From NCBI GenBank assembly GCA_965662715.1, contig CBFIIS010000002.1, forward strand, positions 1 through 61,842: a stretch of DNA of 61,842 bases. Direction: 5' to 3'. The notes beneath the pieces are model-generated. The model ran no database searches. It was not told the DNA's origin and worked only from the letters and a program-made list of their open reading frames with translations. Positions 48,673 through 57,669 of this stretch are shown here, piece by piece (the first letter of the stretch is position 1; every line of letters begins with the position of its first letter). Position numbers and translations under genes: made by a program. The DNA comes from Candidatus Poseidoniaceae archaeon (lineage in GTDB: Archaea > Thermoplasmatota > Poseidoniia > Poseidoniales > Poseidoniaceae).

Positions 48673-48697
48673 AAAAATACAGATTTCGACTGTATTT
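48673..48697 (-). terminator. Hairpin plus T5 tract downstream of rsmA/ksgA
   Basis: On the minus strand: AAATACAG-tcgaaat-CTGTATTT, a perfect 8-bp stem (48690-48697 with 48675-48682) running into TTTTT (plus-strand A5 at 48673-48677). It starts 5 nt after the ksgA stop. Oligo-T is the known archaeal termination signal. Confidence 0.4.
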
Positions 48698-48701
48698 GAA
48701 C

Positions 48702-49577
48702 TCAAGAGTCGAGCGTCGAATCGACAAAAGAAACGGCCAGAGAAATCCAGTCGTCAAGCTCAAATTCCTCAGGACGCGCTTCCATTCGCTCATCATCCGC
48801 ATGAGCAGCATAGGCGTCCTTCCAACGAGCATTGTGCCACCCTGCGGCCCTGTTGATGCGTTTTGGAGCCCGCTTTAGAGTGGTCCGGAGCTTCTTTCGG
48901 CGCTCAGCAAAACACTGGTGAATCATTTGGCGGACGAGACGAACATCGCATGGCCACTGTTCGTGATGGGCTTCCAGTGTGACATAGCGAGAGTTCACCT
49001 TAGGGTTCGGACTGAAATGATGCGGGCCAACTTTGTCCTCGATTTCACAATCCCAATCGAGGGCAGCCGTCATGCCGAGTGACCCCACATCGCTCTCATA
49101 TTCCATCACGAGTCGTTCAGCGAATTCTTCCTGAACAAGGAGAACGACGTGATTCAATTCACTTGTTCTCGGGTTTCGCAGATAGCGGGTCAGATGTTCG
49201 ATGAGAGGCGATGAGATCTGGTAGGGAATATTGGCCACGACCTTGTCGACATCAGAAGGCCAAGTTACATTCAGGGCATCCCCTTCGATCAACGTCAATT
49301 GCCCCGTCTTGATTTCGGGGGCAAAAGCGCCTCGTAGATGCTCAGCTGCACCGGGGTCAATTTCGATAGCCGTCACCTTGCACCCCACTACAAGCAAGGC
49401 CTCAGTCAGCACTCCAGGGCCAGGACCTATTTCGAGGACGTGATCGTTTTTCTCAACCTCACCAAGTTGCACAGCTCGTTGAATCAACTCATCATTGATG
49501 AGAAAGTGTTGCCCGAGGGATTTGTCAAAGGGCAATTTCGCTCTGAGGCTATCGACCAACCAACGGGCGCCTCTCAT
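48702..49577 (-). CDS. rsmA: 16S/18S rRNA (adenine-N6,N6)-dimethyltransferase KsgA/RsmA (Dim1)
   Basis: 291 aa. LGQHFLINDELI and AdoMet motif VLEIGPGPGVLTEAL. Its ATG overlaps the DUF655 stop (ATGA). Confidence 0.9.
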   Translation of the reverse strand: MRGARWLVDSLRAKLPFDKSLGQHFLINDELIQRAVQLGEVEKNDHVLEIGPGPGVLTEALLVVGCKVTAIEIDPGAAEHLRGAFAPEIKTGQLTLIEGDALNVTWPSDVDKVVANIPYQISSPLIEHLTRYLRNPRTSELNHVVLLVQEEFAERLVMEYESDVGSLGMTAALDWDCEIEDKVGPHHFSPNPKVNSRYVTLEAHHEQWPCDVRLVRQMIHQCFAERRKKLRTTLKRAPKRINRAAGWHNARWKDAYAAHADDERMEARPEEFELDDWISLAVSFVDSTLDS

Positions 49578-50371
49578 GCCTTCACCGGAAGGAGCAAGTC
49601 GATCAATCGTGGTTGGATATTTCGGTCTTCCAATTCAGTATGGAAGCGTTTTGCAAGCAAATCTGCAGCATCGATGTTGCATGCTTCATTGAGCGCAGCC
49701 AGCGTTTCAAAGCCACTGGAACCTCGAGCATCAACCATCTGCAAGGCCTTTTTATTGCCAACACCAGGTAAGAGCTCGAACGAATGTTGTTTGAGCGACA
49801 TGTTTCCAGCTCGATTGAAGAAGGTGTCAATGAAGTGCCTTTCATTCTCTTCAATGAAAATCTGAATGACGAGTGGTAGGTCTGCCTTGACATGGTTTGC
49901 AACACGTCCGAGGTTGGTCATGCCAAGCACACGCCCGATGTTGATTCGTTTTGATGCATCCGTACCGATGTAGACACGAGAGGTGGTCAGCAAGGGGTCA
50001 ACGCCGGGTTTTGGTTCGAGGCGGCAGAGCAGCATCTTTTCTTCACTGATGGCAACAATGACATTGTCGGTTACATCATGGTCAATGACACGTGCCCAGG
50101 TCTCTTCCATGAGCGGTGATTTTTGTTGCGATCGGTTGTTGCGTTGCCCACCTTGACGGTTGCCACCTTGGCGGTTGTTTTGTCTGCGTTGTCCACCCTG
50201 ACGGTTGTTGTTTTGCCGAGGTTGAGGTGCAGCCTTCTTTGGTTGAGGTCTTGGAACGGTCGGGCGACCTTCTGCGGGTCGGGAGTAGCCGTGACCTCCA
50301 GTGGTCGTACGATCGGTTTTGCTGCCGCGTGTTGGCACCTTGATGTTGCGGTCGCGACGAGATCCTGACAT
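49574..50371 (-). CDS. DUF655 family nucleic-acid-binding protein with an RGG/QN-rich N-terminal extension
   Basis: 265 aa. The C-terminal ~170 aa match DUF655 (FFNRAGNMSLKQHSFELLPGVGNKKALQMVDARGSSGFETL). The N-terminal ~95 aa are low-complexity (RQNNNRQGGQRRQNNRQGGNRQGGQRNNRSQQ). Confidence 0.8.
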   Translation of the reverse strand: MSGSRRDRNIKVPTRGSKTDRTTTGGHGYSRPAEGRPTVPRPQPKKAAPQPRQNNNRQGGQRRQNNRQGGNRQGGQRNNRSQQKSPLMEETWARVIDHDVTDNVIVAISEEKMLLCRLEPKPGVDPLLTTSRVYIGTDASKRINIGRVLGMTNLGRVANHVKADLPLVIQIFIEENERHFIDTFFNRAGNMSLKQHSFELLPGVGNKKALQMVDARGSSGFETLAALNEACNIDAADLLAKRFHTELEDRNIQPRLIDLLLPVKA

Positions 50372-50399
50372 GCCGAGTCACCACTGTGGGGATTGTGTT

Positions 50400-50762
50400 T
50401 CACTCGACGCCAATATGCTGTCGAACGATGTCAAGAATCTCTTGAATTTCACTGTCTTCGATCCCAAGACGGCGGGAAGCAAGGACTGCTTTCACGTCAT
50501 CAGGATACATTGGCATCAACTCTGCGAGCTTTGCTGCAAGTTGTGGATGTGGAGCGAGTTTGTCGGTTGCGGTCAATGCATCACGAAGTGATTCGAAGAC
50601 CTCAGGTAGGGTTTTGTAGCCGTTGCGATGGTCGCTAGCCGCCCATTCTGCGTGCTGGAGTGCGGCTTTTTGCTCATAGGTCAGGTTGTTGCGGCGCTCT
50701 TGAGCGTTCAACAGCATCTCTCGAACAGTGGCAAAGTCAACGAATCGCTCTTCATCAGTCAT
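50400..50762 (-). CDS. rpoF: DNA-directed RNA polymerase subunit Rpo4/F
   Basis: 120 aa. FATVREMLLNAQERRNNLTYEQKAALQHAEW plus a helical HRDC-like C-terminus. It occupies the canonical position between L21e and DUF655. Confidence 0.8.
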   Translation of the reverse strand: MTDEERFVDFATVREMLLNAQERRNNLTYEQKAALQHAEWAASDHRNGYKTLPEVFESLRDALTATDKLAPHPQLAAKLAELMPMYPDDVKAVLASRRLGIEDSEIQEILDIVRQHIGVE

Positions 50763-50771
50763 GTGGATTCC

Positions 50772-51062
50772 TCACTGGAGTGGTCGCAAATGCTCAGGTC
50801 GAGCAATCACAGTCTTTGGCATGTTTCCGTCCTTGACCGAAACAACCCACGCAACACCTTGGCGCTTCTGAATGAATCCAGTGCGGCCTTGGAAACGGCG
50901 GTGGGGCATACCCATCTGTTGTCCTCCATCGAGAACGATGGCGACTCGGTCGCCTTCTTGATATTCATGCATGACTCGGCTGATGTTCACTCGGCTTCGT
51001 TCGTTCTTGCGGCGTCGTAGAACGCTTCGTGTTCCGACTCGCAGGCCCTTGGATCGCTTCAT
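50772..51062 (-). CDS. rpl21e: 50S ribosomal protein L21e
   Basis: 96 aa. MKRSKGLRVGTRSVLRRR...YQEGDRVAIVLDGGQQMGMPHRRFQGRTGFI is the typical L21e sequence. Confidence 0.92.
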   Translation of the reverse strand: MKRSKGLRVGTRSVLRRRKNERSRVNISRVMHEYQEGDRVAIVLDGGQQMGMPHRRFQGRTGFIQKRQGVAWVVSVKDGNMPKTVIARPEHLRPLQ

Positions 51063-51140
51063 GTTTTTTGCCTCCTATGCGCTCAGATTAGCAGATGTAC
51101 ATCTTCCAAGCAATTCGGCGACCTGCCTTCCCCATATAAG
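51063..51140 (-). promoter_or_regulatory. Putative promoter and SD-containing leader of the L21e operon
   Basis: Minus strand: TTATAT (plus 51134-51139) about 75 nt upstream of the ATG, and GGAGG (51071-51075) with an 8-nt spacer to ATG 51062. A minus-strand T5 tract (plus A5 at 51185-51189) 28 nt after the pus10 stop may terminate the upstream gene. Confidence 0.35.
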
Positions 51141-51216
51141 CACCGCGACGGATGCACGAGGGAAGTTACCCGAGAAAACCACTGAAAAACCACACTTTCA
51201 ACGTCGAATTTCACCT

Positions 51217-53034
51217 TCAATCGGCGTGAATGTCGCCCACATCAAGCCACATCACGTCGCACTTGGCTTTGATCAATGACGAGAGGCTTGGCTGAGTTCG
51301 TCCGCCGTCGCCGTGCACAGTTTCCTTGACATAGGTACCCGATTCACATCGGAGTGTAAACTCGACTTCTAAAACACCATCTGGCATGGTTTCAATGATT
51401 GGTTTGGAGGTTTCAAAGACGGTTCGTTTTCGGATCAAGTCAGCCCGTCGATGAGCCACCCGTTCAGGTGTGCGTTGGAAGAGTTTGACACCAGCCAATT
51501 TGTCGATGGTCTCTTTGATGAAGTCGGCCTCTGGTAAGTCGAACATCACTGGAGCAGGTGGCCCCGCGTTCATAATTCGTTCAATCAAATCGCCTTTTGT
51601 TCCGGATTTGGAGAGGCCAAGTGCTTCCGCCTTCTCGACCAATTCTGCTTTTTTGAGTGCTTTCAATTCCTCTTCAGATGGCCCTTCGACAACCTCAATA
51701 ACAGCAGGAAGTGGTTTTTTGTGGTCATTTTTGCGATCACCTCTCCTATTACGTCGTTTTGGATTCTTGCGGCCCTTCCCTCCTCGGTCTTGAACATCAA
51801 CATGCGTCAAGTCCACCGGTGCAGTCAGCACCGCATGTTCCGCCTCGCTTAGAGGCATGACACGGAAGCGAATGGTGTATGATTTTTCAGCGGGTGTGTC
51901 CTTCACTCGAACGACTTCGCTTCGATTGGAACTGCGTAGGCCAGTGATCTTGATGCTCCCTTCTGCCAGTTCATTGATCGAATTCATTGCTGCATCGAGG
52001 TCGACAGTTCGAATCTTCGGCTCCTTCATTTCGATGACGAATGGTCGTCCTTGGCCCAGACAGCGGACATCGATGTCTTCTCGACCCATGCCATGGAACG
52101 CATGCTCCTTTGCTTCAAACAAACCAAGCAATGGGTTGCCAATGAGGTCCTGAACGCTCTTTTTGTACTGCAAACCCGTCCCTTCACACTTCTCACACCC
52201 TCGCCCCTTACAGGCGCGGCAAGGCCAGCGAGTTTGGGGGATGCCCCGTTCCAATTTTTGGTACCTGCCGTAGAGGTAGTGTGCACGAATATCGAGTTCC
52301 ACAGTGAGGGTGAGCACGTCGATGAGAGCCAAAATTTGTGGCTTGTCATTGACCAGTTTCTTTCCATCCAAACGGTCATTGAGGTTTCTGGCAATTTCGG
52401 TGACAAGTCCAGATTTCAAAGCGTCAGACCCTCCAGCGCCAAGGCGCTTTCGGAGTTCTTCTTCTGCAGCGATCTGATCTTTGGGTATCCGGGCACCCAA
52501 CTGCAAACGGGTGGCTTCATACGGCTGAATCGAATCATGAATAATGTCGGCGAGAAGGTCCGCTTCCTCGTAAAGATTTTCGCAAAACGGGCATAAAGGA
52601 ATTTCAGTTCGGGCGTTTTCAAGGTGCGAATCCCTTTGAACAACACTTGCTCGAATTTCAACTCCAGATTCAGCGATGGTTTGCTCATAGCGCTTTTTGC
52701 CACCCAAGCGCCCTAAACAATGGTCACACGTACCTATTCGGACAAGGTGCTTATGGCCTGCAGGGGATGGGGCACGAGGGATTTCTTCCATGTGTGTGCC
52801 CAATTGATTTGGTGTTGAATTGAGGTCAAAATCAGGCTCTTCCTCCTCCTCTTCTTGTTCAGCGGGTTGGTCGTCCCAAAGGGAGTAATCGGTTTCACCA
52901 AATCCAGCATTGGCATACTTCATCCAATCTTCATCTTCATCTGGTTTGTCAGGTGTATCATTTGACATCAAAATCACCGCGTTCTCGGGGCCAACCCCAA
53001 AGACAGCAAACGGTCCGGCACCTCTCCTGTTCAT
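51217..53034 (-). CDS. pus10: tRNA pseudouridine(54/55) synthase Pus10, with inserted basic tract and SAP-like motif
   Basis: 605 aa. Zn-ribbon CDHCLGRLGG...CPFCENL, second Cys cluster CRACKGRGCEKCEGTG, catalytic GMGREDIDVRCLGQGRPFVIE, QRTPERVAHRRADLIRKR. Insertion at aa ~400-505 with RGGKGRKNPKRRNRRGDRKNDHKK and LKALKKAELVEKAEALGLSKSGTKGDLIERIM. The acidic N-terminal ~95 aa may be spurious; alternative starts are at Met23, Met38 and Met82 (52791). Confidence 0.88.
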   Translation of the reverse strand: MNRRGAGPFAVFGVGPENAVILMSNDTPDKPDEDEDWMKYANAGFGETDYSLWDDQPAEQEEEEEEPDFDLNSTPNQLGTHMEEIPRAPSPAGHKHLVRIGTCDHCLGRLGGKKRYEQTIAESGVEIRASVVQRDSHLENARTEIPLCPFCENLYEEADLLADIIHDSIQPYEATRLQLGARIPKDQIAAEEELRKRLGAGGSDALKSGLVTEIARNLNDRLDGKKLVNDKPQILALIDVLTLTVELDIRAHYLYGRYQKLERGIPQTRWPCRACKGRGCEKCEGTGLQYKKSVQDLIGNPLLGLFEAKEHAFHGMGREDIDVRCLGQGRPFVIEMKEPKIRTVDLDAAMNSINELAEGSIKITGLRSSNRSEVVRVKDTPAEKSYTIRFRVMPLSEAEHAVLTAPVDLTHVDVQDRGGKGRKNPKRRNRRGDRKNDHKKPLPAVIEVVEGPSEEELKALKKAELVEKAEALGLSKSGTKGDLIERIMNAGPPAPVMFDLPEADFIKETIDKLAGVKLFQRTPERVAHRRADLIRKRTVFETSKPIIETMPDGVLEVEFTLRCESGTYVKETVHGDGGRTQPSLSSLIKAKCDVMWLDVGDIHAD

Positions 53035-53086
53035 GAACGCACCGGTTCACATTTCGTTTGTTGGAGGGTTGATTGGTCCAGTTTCT

Positions 53087-53545
53087 TCAAACGTTCATGA
53101 AAAAGAGGATGCTCAAGAACGCCCCAAAGAGCAGAGCAACGGCGCCAACAATGTACGACATGGCTGCAGACCCTTGCTTTCCACTGCTGCTTTCCCATGC
53201 GCCGTACTGGAATGAATACACCGCCATCATACACAATCCAATGGCATTGCCGTTGCAAAGAAAACAACAGAACATTTCTTCATCAATGTTGCCAATATTA
53301 TCGAAGAAACCGAAAAAGGCGAACCCAATAGAGCCGATCATGGTCAAAAATCCACCCAACAGAAGGGAGGGTGAAGGTTTGCCGGAGGAGACGATAAGAG
53401 GTTGCTGGCCTGGCATTGTTGCCTGCCCGCTGATCATCGGCGCGACCTGTTGAATTTGACCAGAGAAGGTGTTTGTTTGCCGGGTCGGATTTGGTTGACT
53501 CGCTGGCTGAAGCGTGATTGCCTCAGGTGGCTTGTCTTGAACCAT
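53087..53545 (-). CDS. Small membrane protein with Gln/Pro-rich N-terminal region
   Basis: 152 aa. Q/P-rich N-terminal ~60 aa, then three or four hydrophobic helices. The plus-strand alternative 53073..53453 is not membrane-like and was judged a shadow. Confidence 0.5.
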   Translation of the reverse strand: MVQDKPPEAITLQPASQPNPTRQTNTFSGQIQQVAPMISGQATMPGQQPLIVSSGKPSPSLLLGGFLTMIGSIGFAFFGFFDNIGNIDEEMFCCFLCNGNAIGLCMMAVYSFQYGAWESSSGKQGSAAMSYIVGAVALLFGAFLSILFFMNV

Positions 53546-53602
53546 AGTAAGGCAGATGTGGCTTTTTTATTCAATGCTTTGCCGGCGAGTGTCGTCGTTT
53601 GC

Positions 53603-54088
53603 TCATTGACTTCGTCGAATCAACATCGTCACAGCTTTCTTTGCCTGTTCAAACACACCCACTTTTTCGAAACCGTGACGGTTGTGAAATCTCATTGAGC
53701 CAGGATTGGGCGGGAGCAGGCTGACTTCAGCGGTTACAGGAACGTCAAGTTGTTCTGCATGATCGATGACTTTGTTGTACAAATGCGTCCCAATTCCATG
53801 GCTTCTGACGTTCTCCGCAACAGCGATTCGATCGACGTAGAGAAATTCTTCATAGCGTTGATTAAACCATGCGTAATTCAAACTACCATAGCTTGTTTTT
53901 GGTAAGAGGCACAGCACAAATCCGTTGAGAACGTTGTGCTCGTCATACCCGAGAGCAAGCTCACTGAGGTCGAGAAGATCAGCCATTTCAGATTCTGTAA
54001 CCTTGCCCGTCCCGGGTAAACCCTGTTCGTTGATGTCCACCATTCGAGGGATATCTTCTGGTGTGAGGGGGCGCAAGGCGTTCATCAA
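53603..54088 (-). CDS. GNAT family N-acetyltransferase
   Basis: 161 aa. Acetyl-CoA motif IAVAENVRSHGIGTHLYNKVIDHA (R-x2-G-x-G). Its ATG overlaps the stop of the upstream RND gene by 4 nt. Confidence 0.8.
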   Translation of the reverse strand: MMNALRPLTPEDIPRMVDINEQGLPGTGKVTESEMADLLDLSELALGYDEHNVLNGFVLCLLPKTSYGSLNYAWFNQRYEEFLYVDRIAVAENVRSHGIGTHLYNKVIDHAEQLDVPVTAEVSLLPPNPGSMRFHNRHGFEKVGVFEQAKKAVTMLIRRSQ

Positions 54089-57000
54089 GCCTCCTCCAAG
54101 GGAGGTGCAGGGCTGGGTTCGAGTGAAGCGATCAAGCCGAGAGCAGCGGTGGTCAGCACAAGACTGGCTATGAGGGACAAGGCAATCATTGCTGCGGAGA
54201 AAATACCGAAATTACTGAACAGCCCCATCGGAGACAGAGCAATCATCGAAAATCCAGCAATGTCGGATGCTGCACTTCCTACGAGGGCAAGCCCACAGGC
54301 GCCTCCAACCCCGATCAAAGCTTCGTGATGGGTTTCCCCGTTCTCCCGACCTTCCCTGTACCGCTCTGTTACGTGAATACAATAATCGATGCCCACGCCA
54401 AGTGAAATTGTTGCGATGGTGACCGTCACGATGTTGAGTGAGGAGCCAGCGACGTACATCAACCCGTAGAGCCAGACTACGACAAGGAGAATTGGAACGA
54501 GCGTGACGCTTGCTTGCTTGAACGATCTAAAGCCCACAGAAAGGGTCCCAAAGACAAACAGCGAGCCAAGGATGAGCGAAGATTGCATTTCCTCTTGCAT
54601 GGTGGTTGAAGCGACGAACCGGGTGACAGGTCGACCGGTCGGCATCACCCATGTGAGGGGCTTATCTTCGCTGGCCGGCCCTGCTTCTTCTCGAGTGCCC
54701 GTTGAGAGGTTGGTGAACGAGGACAGGTCCCTCCAAACCTCTTCCATTCCACCTGCCATGCCCGGGAAATCTTCGGGCGCGGTCATTCCAAATCGAATCA
54801 GCATGTGGTCATATTCTGCATCCTCACCGTTGATGTCCAACCATGGTTGAGTCGGATCCAGTTCGACGTTCGGAGCAATGTAGAGGCTGACAATACTAGG
54901 TGGAATATCGGGGATTGGTCCAACACCTGGGACACCATTGAGCGAGAGGAATCCATAGAAGAATGCGAGGCAATTGCGGTTCGTCAAATCCATCAAGAGG
55001 CCCCCGCCATCTTCAGTGCAACCCATGCCATGGCCGGTTTCATTGACGACCCACCCCGCCTCGACGAAGGGGTCTGGATTGAGCAATAACGAACCTTGAG
55101 CGGCGAAAACCATTTCGTCAAGAGCCAAGATATCGATGGTACCGTCTGGCTGTCTCGTGATTTTATCCGGTACGCCTTCAGGTAGCACATCCATGTCTTG
55201 CCTGAACACATCAATGGCAGCGAAAACTTCTGGATCGAGCACATCACCAACGATCAACAAGTTTGCAGGTTCACCTTCATCGGCAAATCGCTGTGAAATT
55301 TCATCGACACCAATGGCAAAATCGGATGACTCATCGAGGAAGTCTTCGACAGCGAAGTCGCCTTCGAGTTGAGCCATGCCATACGCTGCAGGGATCGTGA
55401 TGAGGACAGCGATGATGGAAATAATGACAGCATTTTTCCATGTCCCTGAGGAGGTAGAAATTCGCTTGAGTACGTCCTCAGACACAAGATGGGTGGTCCC
55501 TTCTTGTGGCACTGTCGAACGGTTTCTCCCAGCCAACCAATCGTCGACCGACAGACGAATCAACGGCACCCAAAGGCCGGTAAGGATGAATGCTGAGAGG
55601 ATACCAAGGGCTGCTTCAATTCCAAAAGAACGCAGCGCAGCGATGTCGCTGAAGAGGTTCGCTGCAAATGCCGCCATGGTCGTGACCGAGGTCAGCATGA
55701 TGGCTCGGCCCACCCTCGATAGGGTAATTTCTGCAGAAGCCTCGGATGACTTCTTCATCGCTCGTTCTTCTTTGTATCGATGCAGGGCATGCAGCGAGTC
55801 ATCGATACCTAATGCGAGGACAAGAATTGGAAGCAGATTAGAGAATTGTGACCTTGCTATAAGACTAAAACCAAACATTGAGGTCAAGCTTGAGAAATGC
55901 CCAATCATACCTTGCATCCATAGCAAGGCACTGCCGAGAGCAAACATGACGATGATGACGTCAGACAGTCGGCGCAGACTGACATAGAGGAGCACAATAA
56001 TGGCCAAACCCATCAGCAAAATCAAGCCTGCACTGGCTTGCAGTTCCCGGTTCACTTCAACGTTCACACCTTGTCCGACAAGCAGGGTGATGGTGGTTCG
56101 GTCGTGGGTTCGAAGTTGACCTTCTAAGTCCATGTACGACCATTCAGTCGAACAGCCACCAGTTTCCATCAGAAGTTCGAGGCACTTGCTCTGATTGTAT
56201 TGGGGAGGATGAAGAACGAGTGAGTTGTCTGCTATTCTGTAGCCCCCAATGCGAGTCCCTTCTTCTGAGAACACAATGCTCTTCTCCGGATGGGCGTCCT
56301 TCCAAATCACTTCCCACCCCATCGACTCTAATGTGCCTCGATCGAATTGAACAAGAAGCCATGTCGATGAAGCCGACCAGCGACCTTTACCAGTGAAGCC
56401 ACCTTCCCACGTTCCGTCGGTATTGAGTTGACCACCGATTGGACCATCTTGAAGGGCGTTCATGTCAGCAACGAAGCCACGGTCAAGCGATAACCATCGC
56501 AAAAAATTGTTATCAGAAGCATCTGCCATGCGCGCAGCAGCCAAATCAATGTGCGCCTGGGTTACATTTGCATCATCGAATTCTAAGCATTCCAATACGC
56601 CGCAATCATACCAGTTCGTAGGAGGGTCGGTGACGATGCCCTGGGCGGTCAGGCCCGGTTGGGTGAGGACAGAGGTGTTGTTCATGAACCCTCTAAAGTG
56701 GTCGGAAAGGGAAATGGCACCAGGGGCTTGTGAGCCAGTGACGTCGTTCACGAGCGGCTTCATTGCTGGTGCAAGCGGGTGTTCTTGAATCATGTTGATT
56801 TTCCCGTCGATCTCTTGTAACAATGAGAGGTTGAGGATTCCACCAGTCGGCGCATAGATGCCTTGCCACGGTTCACCTGCTTTCACCATCTCAGTGACGC
56901 TCGGTAGATTGGCATAGTCCGGTGCTCCATCGCTCATCAAGGGAACCGGCGTCCATTCCTCGATGGGTGGAACATAGTTGGGGTCTCGCGCTGAGACAAG

Positions 57001-57216
57001 GAAACCAAGAATAATTTCTGAGTTTGCAAACTCCTCATCGATAATCGCTTGAGCTGTGAGCTCGGGCGACTCCATTTCATACGATTCCATATCGATGGGT
57101 TGCAGCGCCGTCATGGCCCCGGGGATCATCAATAACGAAAGCAGAAAGATGGCAACATGGACCTTTTTTCGGTGTGGGATGAGCCACTTTGAAAACGATG
57201 CAAAGTCCCTTCCCAT
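54085..57216 (-). CDS. RND superfamily exporter (MMPL/COG1033-like, two SSD-type TM bundles with large extracytoplasmic loops)
   Basis: ORF extends to 57315. Start placed at ATG 57216 (MGRDFASFSKWLIPHRKKVHVAIFLLSLL). Two repeated blocks of ~6 TM helices, each following a large soluble loop. LGIDDSLHALHRY and GVGIDYCIHVTERY are the duplicated MMPL/SSD motifs. Confidence 0.8.
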   Translation of the reverse strand: MGRDFASFSKWLIPHRKKVHVAIFLLSLLMIPGAMTALQPIDMESYEMESPELTAQAIIDEEFANSEIILGFLVSARDPNYVPPIEEWTPVPLMSDGAPDYANLPSVTEMVKAGEPWQGIYAPTGGILNLSLLQEIDGKINMIQEHPLAPAMKPLVNDVTGSQAPGAISLSDHFRGFMNNTSVLTQPGLTAQGIVTDPPTNWYDCGVLECLEFDDANVTQAHIDLAAARMADASDNNFLRWLSLDRGFVADMNALQDGPIGGQLNTDGTWEGGFTGKGRWSASSTWLLVQFDRGTLESMGWEVIWKDAHPEKSIVFSEEGTRIGGYRIADNSLVLHPPQYNQSKCLELLMETGGCSTEWSYMDLEGQLRTHDRTTITLLVGQGVNVEVNRELQASAGLILLMGLAIIVLLYVSLRRLSDVIIVMFALGSALLWMQGMIGHFSSLTSMFGFSLIARSQFSNLLPILVLALGIDDSLHALHRYKEERAMKKSSEASAEITLSRVGRAIMLTSVTTMAAFAANLFSDIAALRSFGIEAALGILSAFILTGLWVPLIRLSVDDWLAGRNRSTVPQEGTTHLVSEDVLKRISTSSGTWKNAVIISIIAVLITIPAAYGMAQLEGDFAVEDFLDESSDFAIGVDEISQRFADEGEPANLLIVGDVLDPEVFAAIDVFRQDMDVLPEGVPDKITRQPDGTIDILALDEMVFAAQGSLLLNPDPFVEAGWVVNETGHGMGCTEDGGGLLMDLTNRNCLAFFYGFLSLNGVPGVGPIPDIPPSIVSLYIAPNVELDPTQPWLDINGEDAEYDHMLIRFGMTAPEDFPGMAGGMEEVWRDLSSFTNLSTGTREEAGPASEDKPLTWVMPTGRPVTRFVASTTMQEEMQSSLILGSLFVFGTLSVGFRSFKQASVTLVPILLVVVWLYGLMYVAGSSLNIVTVTIATISLGVGIDYCIHVTERYREGRENGETHHEALIGVGGACGLALVGSAASDIAGFSMIALSPMGLFSNFGIFSAAMIALSLIASLVLTTAALGLIASLEPSPAPPLEEA

Positions 57217-57315
57217 AGCGATAGGTTTGGTCTTCGCCTTTTCAAGTGATGTTTTTTGTTGATGATACAAAACAGGCATCGCTTGTTTCAAGCACCGGCT
57301 TTCCATCCCGGACAT

Positions 57316-57669
57316 ATGGCGATTTTATTGATCTTGAATCAACAACCCTACGATGGAACAGATGTGACTTGGAACGCGTTGCGTTTGGCGAAGCGACTCG
57401 ACGAAGACGGAGCAGAGGTTCGAATCTTTTTGATGAACGACAGTGTTGATTTGGCTAGGGACGGTATTCTACCACCAGAAGGTGTCGAGGATATGGTGGC
57501 GATGCTCAAGGGGTTGATTTCAGCAGGTGTACCGGTGAAAGTTTGTGGCACCTGTCAAAATAGATGTGGTGTACTGAAGGGTCAAGGATACTACGATGGA
57601 GCTCAGTTCTCGACAATGGGCGAATGTTCAGAATGGGTCATGAGCAGCGAAAAAGTGCTTACGTTCTGA
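57316..57669 (+). CDS. DsrE/DsrF-like family protein
   Basis: ORF 57256..57669. Start placed at ATG 57316 (MAILLILNQQPYDGTDVTWNALRLA...VRIFLMNDSV...VKVCGTCQNRCG), the typical DsrE-like fold pattern. Confidence 0.65.
   Translation: MAILLILNQQPYDGTDVTWNALRLAKRLDEDGAEVRIFLMNDSVDLARDGILPPEGVEDMVAMLKGLISAGVPVKVCGTCQNRCGVLKGQGYYDGAQFSTMGECSEWVMSSEKVLTF

Noticed and set aside
51217-53034. A possible fusion of two genes or a frameshift explaining the 605-aa length of Pus10
   Set aside because: The Pus10 motifs appear in canonical order on both sides of the insertion within one uninterrupted frame. The excess length is explained by the internal insertion plus a doubtful N-terminal extension, not by a fusion.
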